The notes beneath the pieces are model-generated. The model made no database searches. It saw only the letters and a program-made list of their open reading frames with translations, and was not told the DNA's origin. The translations under genes were made by a program, and so were the position numbers. Shown here piece after piece: positions 8,976 through 18,872 of a DNA stretch of 64,000 nt. The first letter of the stretch is position 1, and every line of letters starts with the position of its first letter. This DNA is from a virus. The stretch spans positions 32,001 to 96,000 of the IMG/VR virus record IMGVR_UViG_3300050821_001198; one strand, given 5' to 3'.

Positions 8976-9244
8976 TTCCCTGCCGCCTCTAGTGCGTTGT
9001 GGAGAGTGAAGAAGTCCTCATCGGATAGATGAGACGCACCATGATTGAGCCAGTCCCGGATCTCATCCAGGGCAGCCCCATAACGCGCCGTCTGAGCCGC
9101 CGTCTTCTGGACGCCCACCGCGTTCTCGATAGCAGCCTCATAGAGAGTCTTGTACTTGACGGCATCTTGCTCAGCGGGAGTAGCGGGCCGGTCAAGGCGC
9201 TCTTGTTCCTGGGCAAATGCACTCTTATCACTGAACAGGCTCAT
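8972..9244 (-). CDS. Hypothetical protein
   Basis: 90 aa, operon packing. Confidence 0.55.
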   Translation of the reverse strand: MSLFSDKSAFAQEQERLDRPATPAEQDAVKYKTLYEAAIENAVGVQKTAAQTARYGAALDEIRDWLNHGASHLSDEDFFTLHNALEAAGK

Positions 9245-9434
9245 CGTCTATCTTCTCCGCAAGAAGCGCCAGTGTCGCCTCTAGATCTAGGGTGATTGGT
9301 GAGGAACGGTTCTGCCGATTTAGCTTGAGATAGCTGTCGGACAGATCCCGGACGTAGAAGAAGTTGTAGGCCGCAGTGAGGCTCTCGATGACACGATTTG
9401 CCTCTACCTCGGTGAGAGTGATCGCTTTAGGCAT
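9228..9434 (-). CDS. Hypothetical protein
   Basis: 68 aa, operon packing. Confidence 0.55.
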   Translation of the reverse strand: MPKAITLTEVEANRVIESLTAAYNFFYVRDLSDSYLKLNRQNRSSPITLDLEATLALLAEKIDDEPVQ

Positions 9435-10053
9435 TGAGCAGTTGTCCCTTCTCGACTAGGTAGGTTCGCAGGAGAGCCCAGGACGGTGCCAGGTACACAC
9501 CGGGGACATCCGTGAGTGAGAGGTTCTGAGTGACATGAAGTCCGAATCCCAGACGACGCATGTCATCGTTCTGCGAACCGTGCTTGTACTTCCAGTCGAA
9601 GTCATACACGAACTCTACCAGAGTCTTAGCCCGGTCGTCAATGATGTACTGACAGTGACGAACGCGCGGGATCTTGCTCTCGAAGGTGCAAATGAGATTC
9701 CCGGCGGGGAAACCACAATTGTCAAGCCACTGTGCGGTTGCATCGTAGGTCTTTGGAGCGCGGGTCGAGATGTAGGTGATCTCATTGCCCGCCTCACAAA
9801 TCTCGTTGAGGACATCGACGGCATCCTTGAACGGCTCTTGAGACAAAATGCAGTCATCCTCGTGAACCTTGGCGATCACGTCATCGAAGAACCCGTTACA
9901 TAGCTCCCCGGCCGAACGCCAGTCCGACCAGATGGAGTAGGCAGCCTGCTTGGCTCGCTGGGCATCTTCACCCGGCCAGTCAATCAGTTCTTGCCGTGCG
10001 GCCTGGCAGAACGAGTAGAGAGTGTCATCGATGTCGATTGCGACGTGGGTCAC
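9427..10053 (-). CDS. HAD-superfamily 5'(3')-deoxyribonucleotidase (NT5C-like)
   Basis: IDIDDTL (motif I), YISTR (II), K..IIDDR (III/IV). Confidence 0.82.
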   Translation of the reverse strand: MTHVAIDIDDTLYSFCQAARQELIDWPGEDAQRAKQAAYSIWSDWRSAGELCNGFFDDVIAKVHEDDCILSQEPFKDAVDVLNEICEAGNEITYISTRAPKTYDATAQWLDNCGFPAGNLICTFESKIPRVRHCQYIIDDRAKTLVEFVYDFDWKYKHGSQNDDMRRLGFGLHVTQNLSLTDVPGVYLAPSWALLRTYLVEKGQLLNA

Positions 10054-10695
10054 TCAGACGCACCCACAGGGGACTTCAAGCGCCGCATCGTGGTCATAGT
10101 GGCTGATTGCCTCCACGATCTTGTCGCGTAGCTCATCGACGGTTCCACCATTGATGATGCAGCGGTGGATCAGGGTGGGGTCAAGACCCGACTCAGAAGC
10201 GTGTGCGCTCTCGATTATCTCGTCTCCGGTCGGCCGAATGATGTTCCAGATCACCCCGCCATTCTCGATGACTCGCGCCGCCTCGTTGGGAAAACGAACA
10301 TCGGTGACCACCACCATCTCCTTCTTGGGATTCCACAGAGGCGGGAGTGTCTGATCGACCCAGAAGCTATCCGAGAAGACCTCTCTGTGAGCTTCCGTGC
10401 CATACCATTGCAAATACTCTCGACCGCTCAGGACGGCGTAATACGGCTTCCCCGACATGGACTCCACCTTGATGATGGCGTCACCCTTGAGAGCGTTGCA
10501 GAAGTCGATACAGGCAGCCGCGTTACCCTTGAACCCCAGGGCACGGGCCGCCGACACCTTGAGCGGATCAGCGAACGCTCGCCGTACAACCCCAAAGCCC
10601 TTCAGGGCCGCTCCTGATAGCTCACCGATCTCGGTGAGCAGTTGGTAGGTGAGATCTTTGCCTGCCCCGGCACGCCCCGTCAGTCCGAGGATCAC
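10054..10695 (-). CDS. Deoxynucleoside monophosphate kinase
   Basis: GLTGRAGAGKD; AFADPLK; REYLQWYGTE; VTDVRFPNE; HASE. Confidence 0.9.
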   Translation of the reverse strand: MILGLTGRAGAGKDLTYQLLTEIGELSGAALKGFGVVRRAFADPLKVSAARALGFKGNAAACIDFCNALKGDAIIKVESMSGKPYYAVLSGREYLQWYGTEAHREVFSDSFWVDQTLPPLWNPKKEMVVVTDVRFPNEAARVIENGGVIWNIIRPTGDEIIESAHASESGLDPTLIHRCIINGGTVDELRDKIVEAISHYDHDAALEVPCGCV

Positions 10696-11294
10696 AGTTC
10701 ACCAATCGCATGGAGAAGCTCTGCCGCGTCGAGGACTTCCGGGGTCTCGCTATAGTCGTCGCCCGCAATCGCGAACAGACGCGCGATCACCCTGCCCCGT
10801 AGATCGGGGTACACAGCCGTCACCTTATACTCGTACGTGGTGTCCGCTCCGAACGGATGCGGCCCGACCTCTGAGTAGGAGACGCCCGGAGGGTCATACT
10901 GGTCCCGTGGATCGCAGTCACTCGTACATACCTCGCCGGGTCCACATGTGCATGGACCGTAGCTGATCTCCGTTTTCGGCGGCGGACAGTCAGAACACGC
11001 ATCGCCATCAACACAGGGGCAGGAGCCCCCTGGTGGACACGTACCGCCGCAGGCGCAGTCTGCGCTCTCGTAAGAGACATCATCCTCGTATTCCTGGCGT
11101 TCGGCAATGCAGTGAAGGCAATCACAGAAACCGTCGTCACTCGCCCCCTCATCGACGTTACCGGCACCGAACACTCCGACGAGGAAGTCCGAGAACCCTG
11201 TTACCACCTGTTTGGTGGGTTGATCGTCTACTGCTAGTGCAACTTCGTCGTGACAGGCGCAGTTGGCGTCTTCACATTCAGCGGTGAAAGGCAT
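10692..11294 (-). CDS. Acidic Cys-rich protein (17 Cys)
   Basis: CxC/CxxC clusters; GGAG SD upstream. Confidence 0.65.
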   Translation of the reverse strand: MPFTAECEDANCACHDEVALAVDDQPTKQVVTGFSDFLVGVFGAGNVDEGASDDGFCDCLHCIAERQEYEDDVSYESADCACGGTCPPGGSCPCVDGDACSDCPPPKTEISYGPCTCGPGEVCTSDCDPRDQYDPPGVSYSEVGPHPFGADTTYEYKVTAVYPDLRGRVIARLFAIAGDDYSETPEVLDAAELLHAIGEL

Positions 11295-11378
11295 ACTGTT
11301 CTCCGTAGGGATACGATCAGCCTGAGCATGCGCCCAAGCCGGTCCAGGGCTTTATCTAGTCGATGTGCAGGTTCCGGC

Positions 11379-11585
11379 TTACGTCTGTGTAAATGAGAGT
11401 AGGAACCCATGTCTCCCAGAAACCTCGTTGACTGTGTTGACGATCTCCGTAACAACGTCATCGGGAAGGACGTTACCATATCCGTCCCACACAGTCAAGT
11501 GAACCGCATTCGAGCGTTCGACGTACCCCTCTTTGCGCCGCTTCGAGGGCTTGCGGGGCGGCTTACGGGCTTTCTTCTCTGCCAT
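11379..11585 (-). CDS. Small basic hypothetical protein
   Basis: MAEKKARKPPRK.., TAATG coupling. Confidence 0.55.
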   Translation of the reverse strand: MAEKKARKPPRKPSKRRKEGYVERSNAVHLTVWDGYGNVLPDDVVTEIVNTVNEVSGRHGFLLSFTQT

Positions 11586-11707
11586 TAGATTCCCTGTACC
11601 CGATCCCAGATGCGATTCAGCATCCGTGTTGTGTGGAAGCGAAGCATGGCATACTTCAGAAGCCCCTTGTCGTAGCGGTAATACGGTGTCGTTGTGGGAG
11701 TGGCCAT
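11585..11707 (-). CDS. 40-aa hypothetical protein
   Basis: MATPTTTPYYRYDKGLL..; TAATG overlaps at both ends. Confidence 0.45.
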   Translation of the reverse strand: MATPTTTPYYRYDKGLLKYAMLRFHTTRMLNRIWDRVQGI

Positions 11708-12198
11708 TAGACGATCCTGTCACCCTTCGTGCGATTACATGGAATGTGAGATGGCTGCACGTTGATGTAACCGTGCCGCCCTCCCCTGGCTAGCGGGATC
11801 ACATGGTCTACTTCAAACTCACCATTGATGAATTCCTTGCAGATTCCACACATCCCTCCGTGCATACGGAAGACCACATTGCGGTCTATGTCTTCGATAA
11901 ACGCTCCGAGAATCCTTGCCCTACGTCGGTGTACACCAAGCATCGCATTAGCTTTCCGCTTCTCCGTATGCTTGGCATAATCTCGTTGAGCCATCTCATA
12001 GAGCTTATCTGGGTTCTTCGCTCTCCAATCGGCTCGTGCCTCATTCTGACACGAGCGGCACTTCCCCACACGACCATCTCGGCCTGCCGTACCATTACGT
12101 ACGAAGTCCTCGTGCGGTTTTACAAGTCCACACGGTCCGTTACATCGCTTTAGTCCTAGCAGACGCAATCGTTCAAACTCGGGTTGTATGCCCTTCAT
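11707..12198 (-). CDS. HNH homing endonuclease
   Basis: CGIC..EVDHVIPLARGGRHGYINVQPSHIPCNRTKG plus N-terminal Zn ribbon. Confidence 0.9.
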   Translation of the reverse strand: MKGIQPEFERLRLLGLKRCNGPCGLVKPHEDFVRNGTAGRDGRVGKCRSCQNEARADWRAKNPDKLYEMAQRDYAKHTEKRKANAMLGVHRRRARILGAFIEDIDRNVVFRMHGGMCGICKEFINGEFEVDHVIPLARGGRHGYINVQPSHIPCNRTKGDRIV

Positions 12199-13493
12199 TA
12201 GGAGTAACGCTGATCCCGAAAGTACAGGACATCGTTGACGTACGTTGCAAGCTCTAGCTTGAACTTGCCATCGGGCCACACGGTAGCCGTGCCAAAGCCC
12301 TGCTGCCAGTCGGGGTTGACTGTGTAGCCTAGCCCATCAGACGTACACATACAGCCAGTCTCCATCGCCGCGATCACGCCGGGGTTACCGTCGATGTCAT
12401 GGATCGTCTTGTGAACGATTGACTGGCGGTGAACATGGCCGATCACGATTGAGTGACCTAGCGTCTCAAGAGTGGCTAGTGCTGACGCACCGGCACCCTT
12501 GCGAACAAGCCAACCGTGGCGAGCGGCGAGATTCTGACACACCTTGTGCGCCGCCTGCTCGTATTCGCCATCCGGCGTGATGTACTTGATCCCTAGTTCG
12601 TCCAGACGGAGTAGGTAAGGAATCGACATGACTGGTAGCTCTTCCTTCTGACCGGGCACTAGGGCTCGGCGGACACCGTAGATCCGTGGCATCTTGGCGA
12701 GGATGGCATCACGCATTCGTGCATCATGGTTACCTTCAAGCATGACCCACTCGGTGGACTCACTGGCTTGCACATACTCGCGCTTGACCATGTAGGTCTC
12801 ATCGAGACAGACCTGAACGGCCTCGTCCCACTCGGGGTTGTCGGGATACTTCGACAACTGCGAGAAGTCACCAGAGTCACCCATCATGACACCCTCGTCG
12901 GGCTTGTTGTACTCAAGCCACTCGCAGAAGAGTCCGTGGAGTCTCCGGTCGTGCTTGGGGGCCTGCTGGTCACCGACGAACACGATCCTGCGGATGTTGT
13001 TGTCGCCGTCGTATCTGACTGCTAGCGGCCGTCTCCGGATGTAGTCACCGGGGACGCGGGCCGGGATGATGAGTGTCAACGGAGCCTTCCGCTTGTAGTT
13101 CACCGTCAACTGCTTCATCAGCACGATGCGGTTGTCACCACTGGCCTTGTCTGAGGTCATGGCGTTCCACTCATTGACCTTGAGATTCACTACCTCCCAA
13201 TCGTCGGGCTCTAGGCCGCGCTCACGGAGAAGATCGTCGGGAGTGTTGACGGTTGTACCGGGCTGGGTGATGATCTCCGCGTCATCGCCCTCTAGCTTGA
13301 AACTTGCCTTGACGGCTGGACTCTTCCGAATCCCCCACCTACGCACTGCGCGGCGAACTGAATGGCGGGTAGTTTGCAGATCGTGACAATCTTCTAGGAT
13401 GTCTGCAATCTGCTGGTATGAGCGCCCTTCGTTCACGCAGTTCGTGATCAGATCACGGTACGCTTCGATGGGGCTCGGATTATTTAGGCTCAA
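12198..13493 (-). CDS. Calcineurin-like metallophosphoesterase with N-terminal HTH
   Basis: VGDQQ, MGDSGD, EGNHD, RHG, IGHVHR; DWQQGF C-terminal motif. Confidence 0.85.
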   Translation of the reverse strand: MSLNNPSPIEAYRDLITNCVNEGRSYQQIADILEDCHDLQTTRHSVRRAVRRWGIRKSPAVKASFKLEGDDAEIITQPGTTVNTPDDLLRERGLEPDDWEVVNLKVNEWNAMTSDKASGDNRIVLMKQLTVNYKRKAPLTLIIPARVPGDYIRRRPLAVRYDGDNNIRRIVFVGDQQAPKHDRRLHGLFCEWLEYNKPDEGVMMGDSGDFSQLSKYPDNPEWDEAVQVCLDETYMVKREYVQASESTEWVMLEGNHDARMRDAILAKMPRIYGVRRALVPGQKEELPVMSIPYLLRLDELGIKYITPDGEYEQAAHKVCQNLAARHGWLVRKGAGASALATLETLGHSIVIGHVHRQSIVHKTIHDIDGNPGVIAAMETGCMCTSDGLGYTVNPDWQQGFGTATVWPDGKFKLELATYVNDVLYFRDQRYS

Positions 13494-16060
13494 TCCTCAT
13501 CCAGTAGTCGATATCTTCGTTTCTTACTAGCCTGCGGAAGCCGGATAACTGTGTCATCCACTCTTGCTTCTTTTGTCCGCACACCTTCAGATTCGCTTTC
13601 ATCGTCGTGGACAGTATCAGTTTTACCCTGGTGTTTCAAGTCTTCTGGGTTCTCGTCTGGCGGGTGACCGTAAGTGAACCATGCCGAGTCACTCGGGTCT
13701 GTGGTTTCATACGAACCGGAGGCAAGCTCATAGGGACTGAAATTCTGACTCCAAGCGTTACTGCAATCGGTCTTATACTGGCGGTGACCCTTATTACCGT
13801 CTAGATGAAGTGTCAAAGGGTGATTCTCGCCGCGATAGTGGTCGGGCTCGGGAATGCCAGCCACTTGATCAATGGGCGGGAAGTTGACAATCTTGCCGTA
13901 CTGCCCGGGATCAATGTTGTACGGGTAGCGAGGGCCACTGTCCTCTAGCTCGAAGTCACCATCGGGGCCATCCTCGACTGAGCCTCCGTAGAAGAGTCCC
14001 GGCCGCCGCTCGTTACTGATGTCGGGTACGGTCCCTGCTGGACCCGGCTGCATCCCTCCACGGGGCGGCGCTCCGCCTCCGGGGGTTGCTCCACCGATGC
14101 CGCCCGGACCAAGCTGTCCTGGGCCACCCGGGGCTCCCATAGCGCCACCGATCCCGCCGGGAGGTCCGGGCATCACGATTGGGCTTCCAGGGCCGCCGTG
14201 GGGTCCCTGACCGCCTCCTGGGGGCATGGGCGGCTGTGTCGGTCCGCCGCCACCCGTTGGCGGGGGCGGAGTGCCACCGTTGCGGCTCGCCTCGACCTCT
14301 GCCTTGAGATCCGGTGGGATCGGGTACCCTGCCGCAGCGAGAGCGTTGTAGGTCTTGACCTTTGCGGCCTGCTGGGCGATGGTCTTCTTCTCCAGGTCTT
14401 CGTTGTACTTGATGACCATTTCGTCAAAATCGATGTTCACACCGATCATCAGATTCTCGTCCGGGATCGGGACGCCCTGCTGACGTAGGGCCTGGAAGAA
14501 CTGACGCTCGGTGGCCTCATCACGGAGGTCCAGCACAGAGAAGTCCAATTCAACGTCAATGAGCTTGTGTCGCTCTTCGACATGCTTGTTACCATCTTCA
14601 TCCTCAACCACAACCTCTTCCATGATCGGCACACGAGTCTCGCCGCGTGTCTCGTAGTCATAGTGACCTTGAGCCTCAGCGACAACCATCGCCCGCTCCT
14701 GGAAGTGCCGCTTCAAGTGGCCTTGGTAGGTGCGAAGAACCTGGTTCATGAACTCAGCTTGCAGTGCGCTCGATGCGTACGGCTGCGAGTTGGCACCGGC
14801 CGAGAGCAGTGACGGGTTGATCCCGAAAATCTGCATCAGTCGCCGCTCGATGCGGTCGAAGTCGTCACCGAGACGTGGCATCTGCTCGCGGCCAAAGACG
14901 TTCGTGATGTCGAGACCCATGTGGTGAACTAAGAGCCGGAAATCGGACGAGAGCGCCACATCCATATCGTCACGGAGAGCGTCAAGCTCGTCGGGAGACG
15001 GGAACCACGGACCCTGACCATCGCCCAGATCGGTAATCCCCATCTTGGCTAGGATCAGGGGAGAGTACAGGCGCTCTGCGATAGCGTCCTGTGAAGCCAG
15101 TAGCTTCTCTTCGTGGATGAGCGTGCGTAGTCCGCGCAGCAACATCGGAGTGCCATGGTCGTCCCACGACGTAAACTTGTTAGCTACCTGCTTGAGCAAC
15201 ACGTCGCTGATCGGGATGTGTTCGTTCTTGCGTAGGTACGGGATCAACTCTGGGAAGTTCATCTCCAGCATCCGGTACTCGCGAGCAGGCTGCTTTGTCT
15301 GTGCTAGCTTCTTGAGGTAATCCGGCGGAACGATCTTCAGCGCACGAGAGCCCAAGAGCGGGAAGTTCTCGATGATGATGTCCTCTGGGTTCAATAGCTC
15401 TTCGCGCTCCCAGATACCTAGTGTGTCATCAAACGACGCGAGCGGGAATGCCTCACCGACTAGGAAGTGCTCGCGACCGAGGCCGACGAAGAACTCCGGG
15501 TAGTTGAGGTCATTGAGGAACAGTTCCTCGTAGAACTTGGTGGCCCGCTTGTCCTTGCACCGGATCTCCATGCCCGACAGAGGGAAGCGGGTGAAGATGT
15601 CGATGAGAATGGGAACTAGGTAGTGAGTCGCGTAGTAGAGCCGCAGCCACTTGTGGAGCTTGTGCCGGTGGCCTTCGTCTGCCATGTTCCAGGGAAGTCC
15701 GGTGATGTCCCAATACTCCAGGGGGTCGTAGAACCGAGGCATAGCCGCGAAGACATCTCCGCCGCCTCCCGTGCCGATGTTGGCGTTCTTCCGCATGCTC
15801 GACGCGGTACGCTGGCGCTTCATCTCTCGGATGATGCGGGTGTTCTGCTGGATGTCGTCGGCCGCACTCTCTGAGTTAGCGGACGTGTCAAGGAATCCGT
15901 AGCGCCTAGACGATCCGGGCTGAGCACCCGCCATCTTGTGGATTGACAGAGCCTCTACCTGGGCTCTAGCGGCGTTGCGAGGTAGTGACACGCCACGAGC
16001 ACGGAGGTTGTCTACCATCGCGTTCAGTTGCTTCGTGTTACGTGCGCTCTGACCTGACAT
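13490..16060 (-). CDS. Portal protein with long Gly/Pro-rich and variable C-terminal extension
   Basis: Large-myovirus portal-like core (LIDIFTRFPL, LVGEAF, GTPMLLRGLRTL, AIAERLYSPL, YASSALQAEF); lies near terminase. Confidence 0.8.
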   Translation of the reverse strand: MSGQSARNTKQLNAMVDNLRARGVSLPRNAARAQVEALSIHKMAGAQPGSSRRYGFLDTSANSESAADDIQQNTRIIREMKRQRTASSMRKNANIGTGGGGDVFAAMPRFYDPLEYWDITGLPWNMADEGHRHKLHKWLRLYYATHYLVPILIDIFTRFPLSGMEIRCKDKRATKFYEELFLNDLNYPEFFVGLGREHFLVGEAFPLASFDDTLGIWEREELLNPEDIIIENFPLLGSRALKIVPPDYLKKLAQTKQPAREYRMLEMNFPELIPYLRKNEHIPISDVLLKQVANKFTSWDDHGTPMLLRGLRTLIHEEKLLASQDAIAERLYSPLILAKMGITDLGDGQGPWFPSPDELDALRDDMDVALSSDFRLLVHHMGLDITNVFGREQMPRLGDDFDRIERRLMQIFGINPSLLSAGANSQPYASSALQAEFMNQVLRTYQGHLKRHFQERAMVVAEAQGHYDYETRGETRVPIMEEVVVEDEDGNKHVEERHKLIDVELDFSVLDLRDEATERQFFQALRQQGVPIPDENLMIGVNIDFDEMVIKYNEDLEKKTIAQQAAKVKTYNALAAAGYPIPPDLKAEVEASRNGGTPPPPTGGGGPTQPPMPPGGGQGPHGGPGSPIVMPGPPGGIGGAMGAPGGPGQLGPGGIGGATPGGGAPPRGGMQPGPAGTVPDISNERRPGLFYGGSVEDGPDGDFELEDSGPRYPYNIDPGQYGKIVNFPPIDQVAGIPEPDHYRGENHPLTLHLDGNKGHRQYKTDCSNAWSQNFSPYELASGSYETTDPSDSAWFTYGHPPDENPEDLKHQGKTDTVHDDESESEGVRTKEARVDDTVIRLPQASKKRRYRLLDED

Positions 16061-16146
16061 CAGAACTTACTACGGCGTTTGAGCCCGAAAGAGGGTAAGT
16101 TTGTCGCGAGTTTCTCCAAGAAAACCGGGACGGTCAAGAAAAGTCG

Positions 16147-16335
16147 TTACGAGTTTTCGTCCGGGTCGTATCCGTCCTCGGGCTTCCAGGTGTTACAGAC
16201 CAGATCGCCCTCGACGGGGTAATCGCTGTAACCCTTGCAGACGAGAGACTTCTTGTCGAACATTTCACAATTACTGCATGAGTGCTTGCCGTGCGACAAG
16301 CGGAGGTTAGGTGGCGTCTTAGGACTTGAAGGCAC
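16147..16335 (-). CDS. Small HiPIP-like 4-Cys protein
   Basis: PPNLR..SCSNCEMF..VCKGY..V....VCNTW; GTG start inferred. Confidence 0.5.
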   Translation of the reverse strand: MPSSPKTPPNLRLSHGKHSCSNCEMFDKKSLVCKGYSDYPVEGDLVCNTWKPEDGYDPDENS

Positions 16336-17590
16336 TGATGGCCGCCTGGAGATCGCTCTCAGGTAGGACACCGTGCTCGGCCCGCAGAGACTCGCGGATT
16401 GGGTTCTTGTCCGGGTCGCCAGACGCGGTATGCTGACCCTCTTCGCACTTGCAGTGCTCGACGTTATACCCACAGTCGGGACACTCATTGCGCTGAAGCT
16501 TCTTCTGACGTGTGAGAATCTCACTCTCGTCATCCGGAGTGGCGTCGTCCTCATACATATCGCCAGAGAAGTTACCGTGCCCGTTGGACTTCTTGGGGAA
16601 TGCCTCGTCCCCCACACCGGACGGCTGCTGACCCTTGTCACCGAACGTGCGTGTCGGATACTGAGTCTGGTTCTTGTCACCGTTGAAACCAGCACCATCA
16701 ACCGAGTCAGTGCCCTTGAGGGTCTCCTGCTCGGTCACGGCGTTTGTCTGCTCCTTGAAGTCTCGTGTGTGGTCCGTAGACCGGCTGATGTCGTGATGCT
16801 CGGTCGGGTGGGGTGAGCCCGCGCCCTCCGTATCAATCGGCTTCAGGTTACCCTCATCATTGAGGGCGTTCGGCTTCCAGTCCTTCTTGTCGATCTTGGG
16901 AGACGGTCCGTGACTCCAAGGGTCACTACCGAACGAGTTGTCGGGTAGCTTCTCGGTCTCTAGGGCCTCCCCTACGACGTTCCACCGTGCCATGACAGGC
17001 GACGGGGGTCCTACAGACTGCGGGGCGGCAGCGGGAGCCTGAGTGACTCCAGGGTGCGTATCGAACTCTGAGAAGTCAGAGCCGCAGTTCGAGCACTGAT
17101 AGTGGTCGCGGTTGCCTAGCTTACCGACAAGCTGGCCAGGAGACTCGCAGGCGGGGCAGTACCCGTACCGTGCCACCTTGTCGCGAAAGGTGCCTCCGGA
17201 AGCGGCTTCCTTATCGATGTCGCCTTCGGAGTCATCATCGTCTGACGACCCTCCGTCTGAAGTACCGCATGTGCAGCCAGCCTTAGGACCGCTCTTCCAC
17301 TTACGACAGTCATCGCAGAATCCACCGGCCGCTAGGACTGAGGTAACTGATGCCTCGACGTTATCAACGTCTCCGCCATACTCAGACACCACGTCAGCGA
17401 CAACCTGCTTGAGATCCATCTCGATGAGATCGAACCGTGCGGCGATCTCGTGCCCGTCACTTCCTTGGAGGAAGCTCCCGAAACGCTGTCGGCAACGTGC
17501 AAGAGCAGCGGCAGTAGCACGCTTGCCCTGATTGGCGGCGTCCGTGTCGTTGGCGAGATCAATGTCGAAGATCGATGCGATGTAGTCCAT
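16319..17590 (-). CDS. Probable head-associated/internal protein with Zn ribbons and acidic low-complexity tracts
   Basis: 423 aa between portal and terminase; several CxxC pairs. Confidence 0.55.
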   Translation of the reverse strand: MDYIASIFDIDLANDTDAANQGKRATAAALARCRQRFGSFLQGSDGHEIAARFDLIEMDLKQVVADVVSEYGGDVDNVEASVTSVLAAGGFCDDCRKWKSGPKAGCTCGTSDGGSSDDDDSEGDIDKEAASGGTFRDKVARYGYCPACESPGQLVGKLGNRDHYQCSNCGSDFSEFDTHPGVTQAPAAAPQSVGPPSPVMARWNVVGEALETEKLPDNSFGSDPWSHGPSPKIDKKDWKPNALNDEGNLKPIDTEGAGSPHPTEHHDISRSTDHTRDFKEQTNAVTEQETLKGTDSVDGAGFNGDKNQTQYPTRTFGDKGQQPSGVGDEAFPKKSNGHGNFSGDMYEDDATPDDESEILTRQKKLQRNECPDCGYNVEHCKCEEGQHTASGDPDKNPIRESLRAEHGVLPESDLQAAISAFKS

Positions 17591-17763
17591 TAGGGTCTGC
17601 GGAGCGTGGCGACGTACTTGTAGTACGGAGCTAGTTCCGGGTGATACGCCTCAAGCTGATGAACGTGGCCCTGCTGGCACACTACCATAGCTGGAGGATA
17701 CTCGACGCAATGAAAGGGAAAATGTGTCCTGCACTGGCGGCAGTAGACAGTCGTTTGCTCCAT
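17590..17763 (-). CDS. 57-aa Zn-finger-like protein
   Basis: MEQTTVYCRQC..VCQQGH; TAATG coupling at both ends. Confidence 0.55.
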   Translation of the reverse strand: MEQTTVYCRQCRTHFPFHCVEYPPAMVVCQQGHVHQLEAYHPELAPYYKYVATLRRP

Positions 17764-18842
17764 TACGAGAAGAGGATATCATCCGGCATTGACTCGTACA
17801 AGTCTGCCTCGGCTGCCGCCTCCTTTGCGATGGTCTGCTTACGGTTAGCATATGCCTCCCGACGAGCACTCTCGACGCGCTCGACCCAAAGCTCTGTGAT
17901 CTTCTCACGGATCTCCGGGCGCGCTGCGGCGACCTTGCTCTCAATGAAACTGGTAGCTAGGCTAGCGGTAAGGCCCTGGTCGGCTAGCGGGCCGCTCTCA
18001 AGCTCAGCGACGAACACAGCGGGTCCCTCGTTGAGCATCTTGTCGAAGTCTGTAGCGTCGGCCTCTTCGATCATGTCCTGGGCAACCTTGTCGAGCCAGC
18101 CCGCGTCTCCCCGCCCAACGTGCTCCTGCTCAACGACCCGCGAGAGGATCGGAGTCGGCGGTGCCATAGGCTCGGCGTCCTCTAGGTAAGCTAGAGCATC
18201 CCTGACCTCTGAAGCCTCATAGGCCGCCTCGGCGCGAATAGTGTCAAGCTCAGTGACCTCTTCAGTGCTGGCGGACCGACGCGAGCCAAGCTCGGTGGCG
18301 ATCTCCTGAATCTCCTGAAGATCCGCGAGGCGAGTCTTGAGTGAAAGACCGTCGCCATCAGCAACTTCAGCTAGCTTCTCACGAAGGAACTCGATCCGGT
18401 CCTCGCTCGACGCCTGCGCCTTGGCGGATGCGACGGCACGAAGCGGCTTCGCGTCAGAAGTAAAGGTGAAATCGTCGGTGACCTCTAGGCGAGCGATGTG
18501 TCCGTTCTCGAAGCGGACAGTAACCTCGTCACTCCAGAGACCCGGCACAACCTGACCCATGATCTTGCCCTTGAGGCCGTTCGGGGTGACAATGTGTGTG
18601 GCAACCTTGGCACTGGAGCCGTGACCGAAGCCACCTAGGCCCTCGGTGTCGCCGTCGTAAGAGGTCTCCTGAGAGCGAATACCAAGTTCTGCCTTGGCGT
18701 GCTCAGTGACTGTCTCTAGGGCCTGTACATCCTGCCCGTTTAGAGCGATCTTGTCGAGGGTCTCGGCAAAGGCGATGACTTGCCCGTTCTCGATGGCGTA
18801 TACTCCGTCATCTCGGAAGGCGTAAGAGATCTTGCGGCTCAT
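17763..18842 (-). CDS. Probable head morphogenesis/scaffold-like acidic helical protein
   Basis: 359 aa, acidic and helical, between terminase and portal. Confidence 0.45.
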   Translation of the reverse strand: MSRKISYAFRDDGVYAIENGQVIAFAETLDKIALNGQDVQALETVTEHAKAELGIRSQETSYDGDTEGLGGFGHGSSAKVATHIVTPNGLKGKIMGQVVPGLWSDEVTVRFENGHIARLEVTDDFTFTSDAKPLRAVASAKAQASSEDRIEFLREKLAEVADGDGLSLKTRLADLQEIQEIATELGSRRSASTEEVTELDTIRAEAAYEASEVRDALAYLEDAEPMAPPTPILSRVVEQEHVGRGDAGWLDKVAQDMIEEADATDFDKMLNEGPAVFVAELESGPLADQGLTASLATSFIESKVAAARPEIREKITELWVERVESARREAYANRKQTIAKEAAAEADLYESMPDDILFS

Positions 18843-18872
18843 CGTATCTTACTTGTTGCTGGCTCTTAGAAC

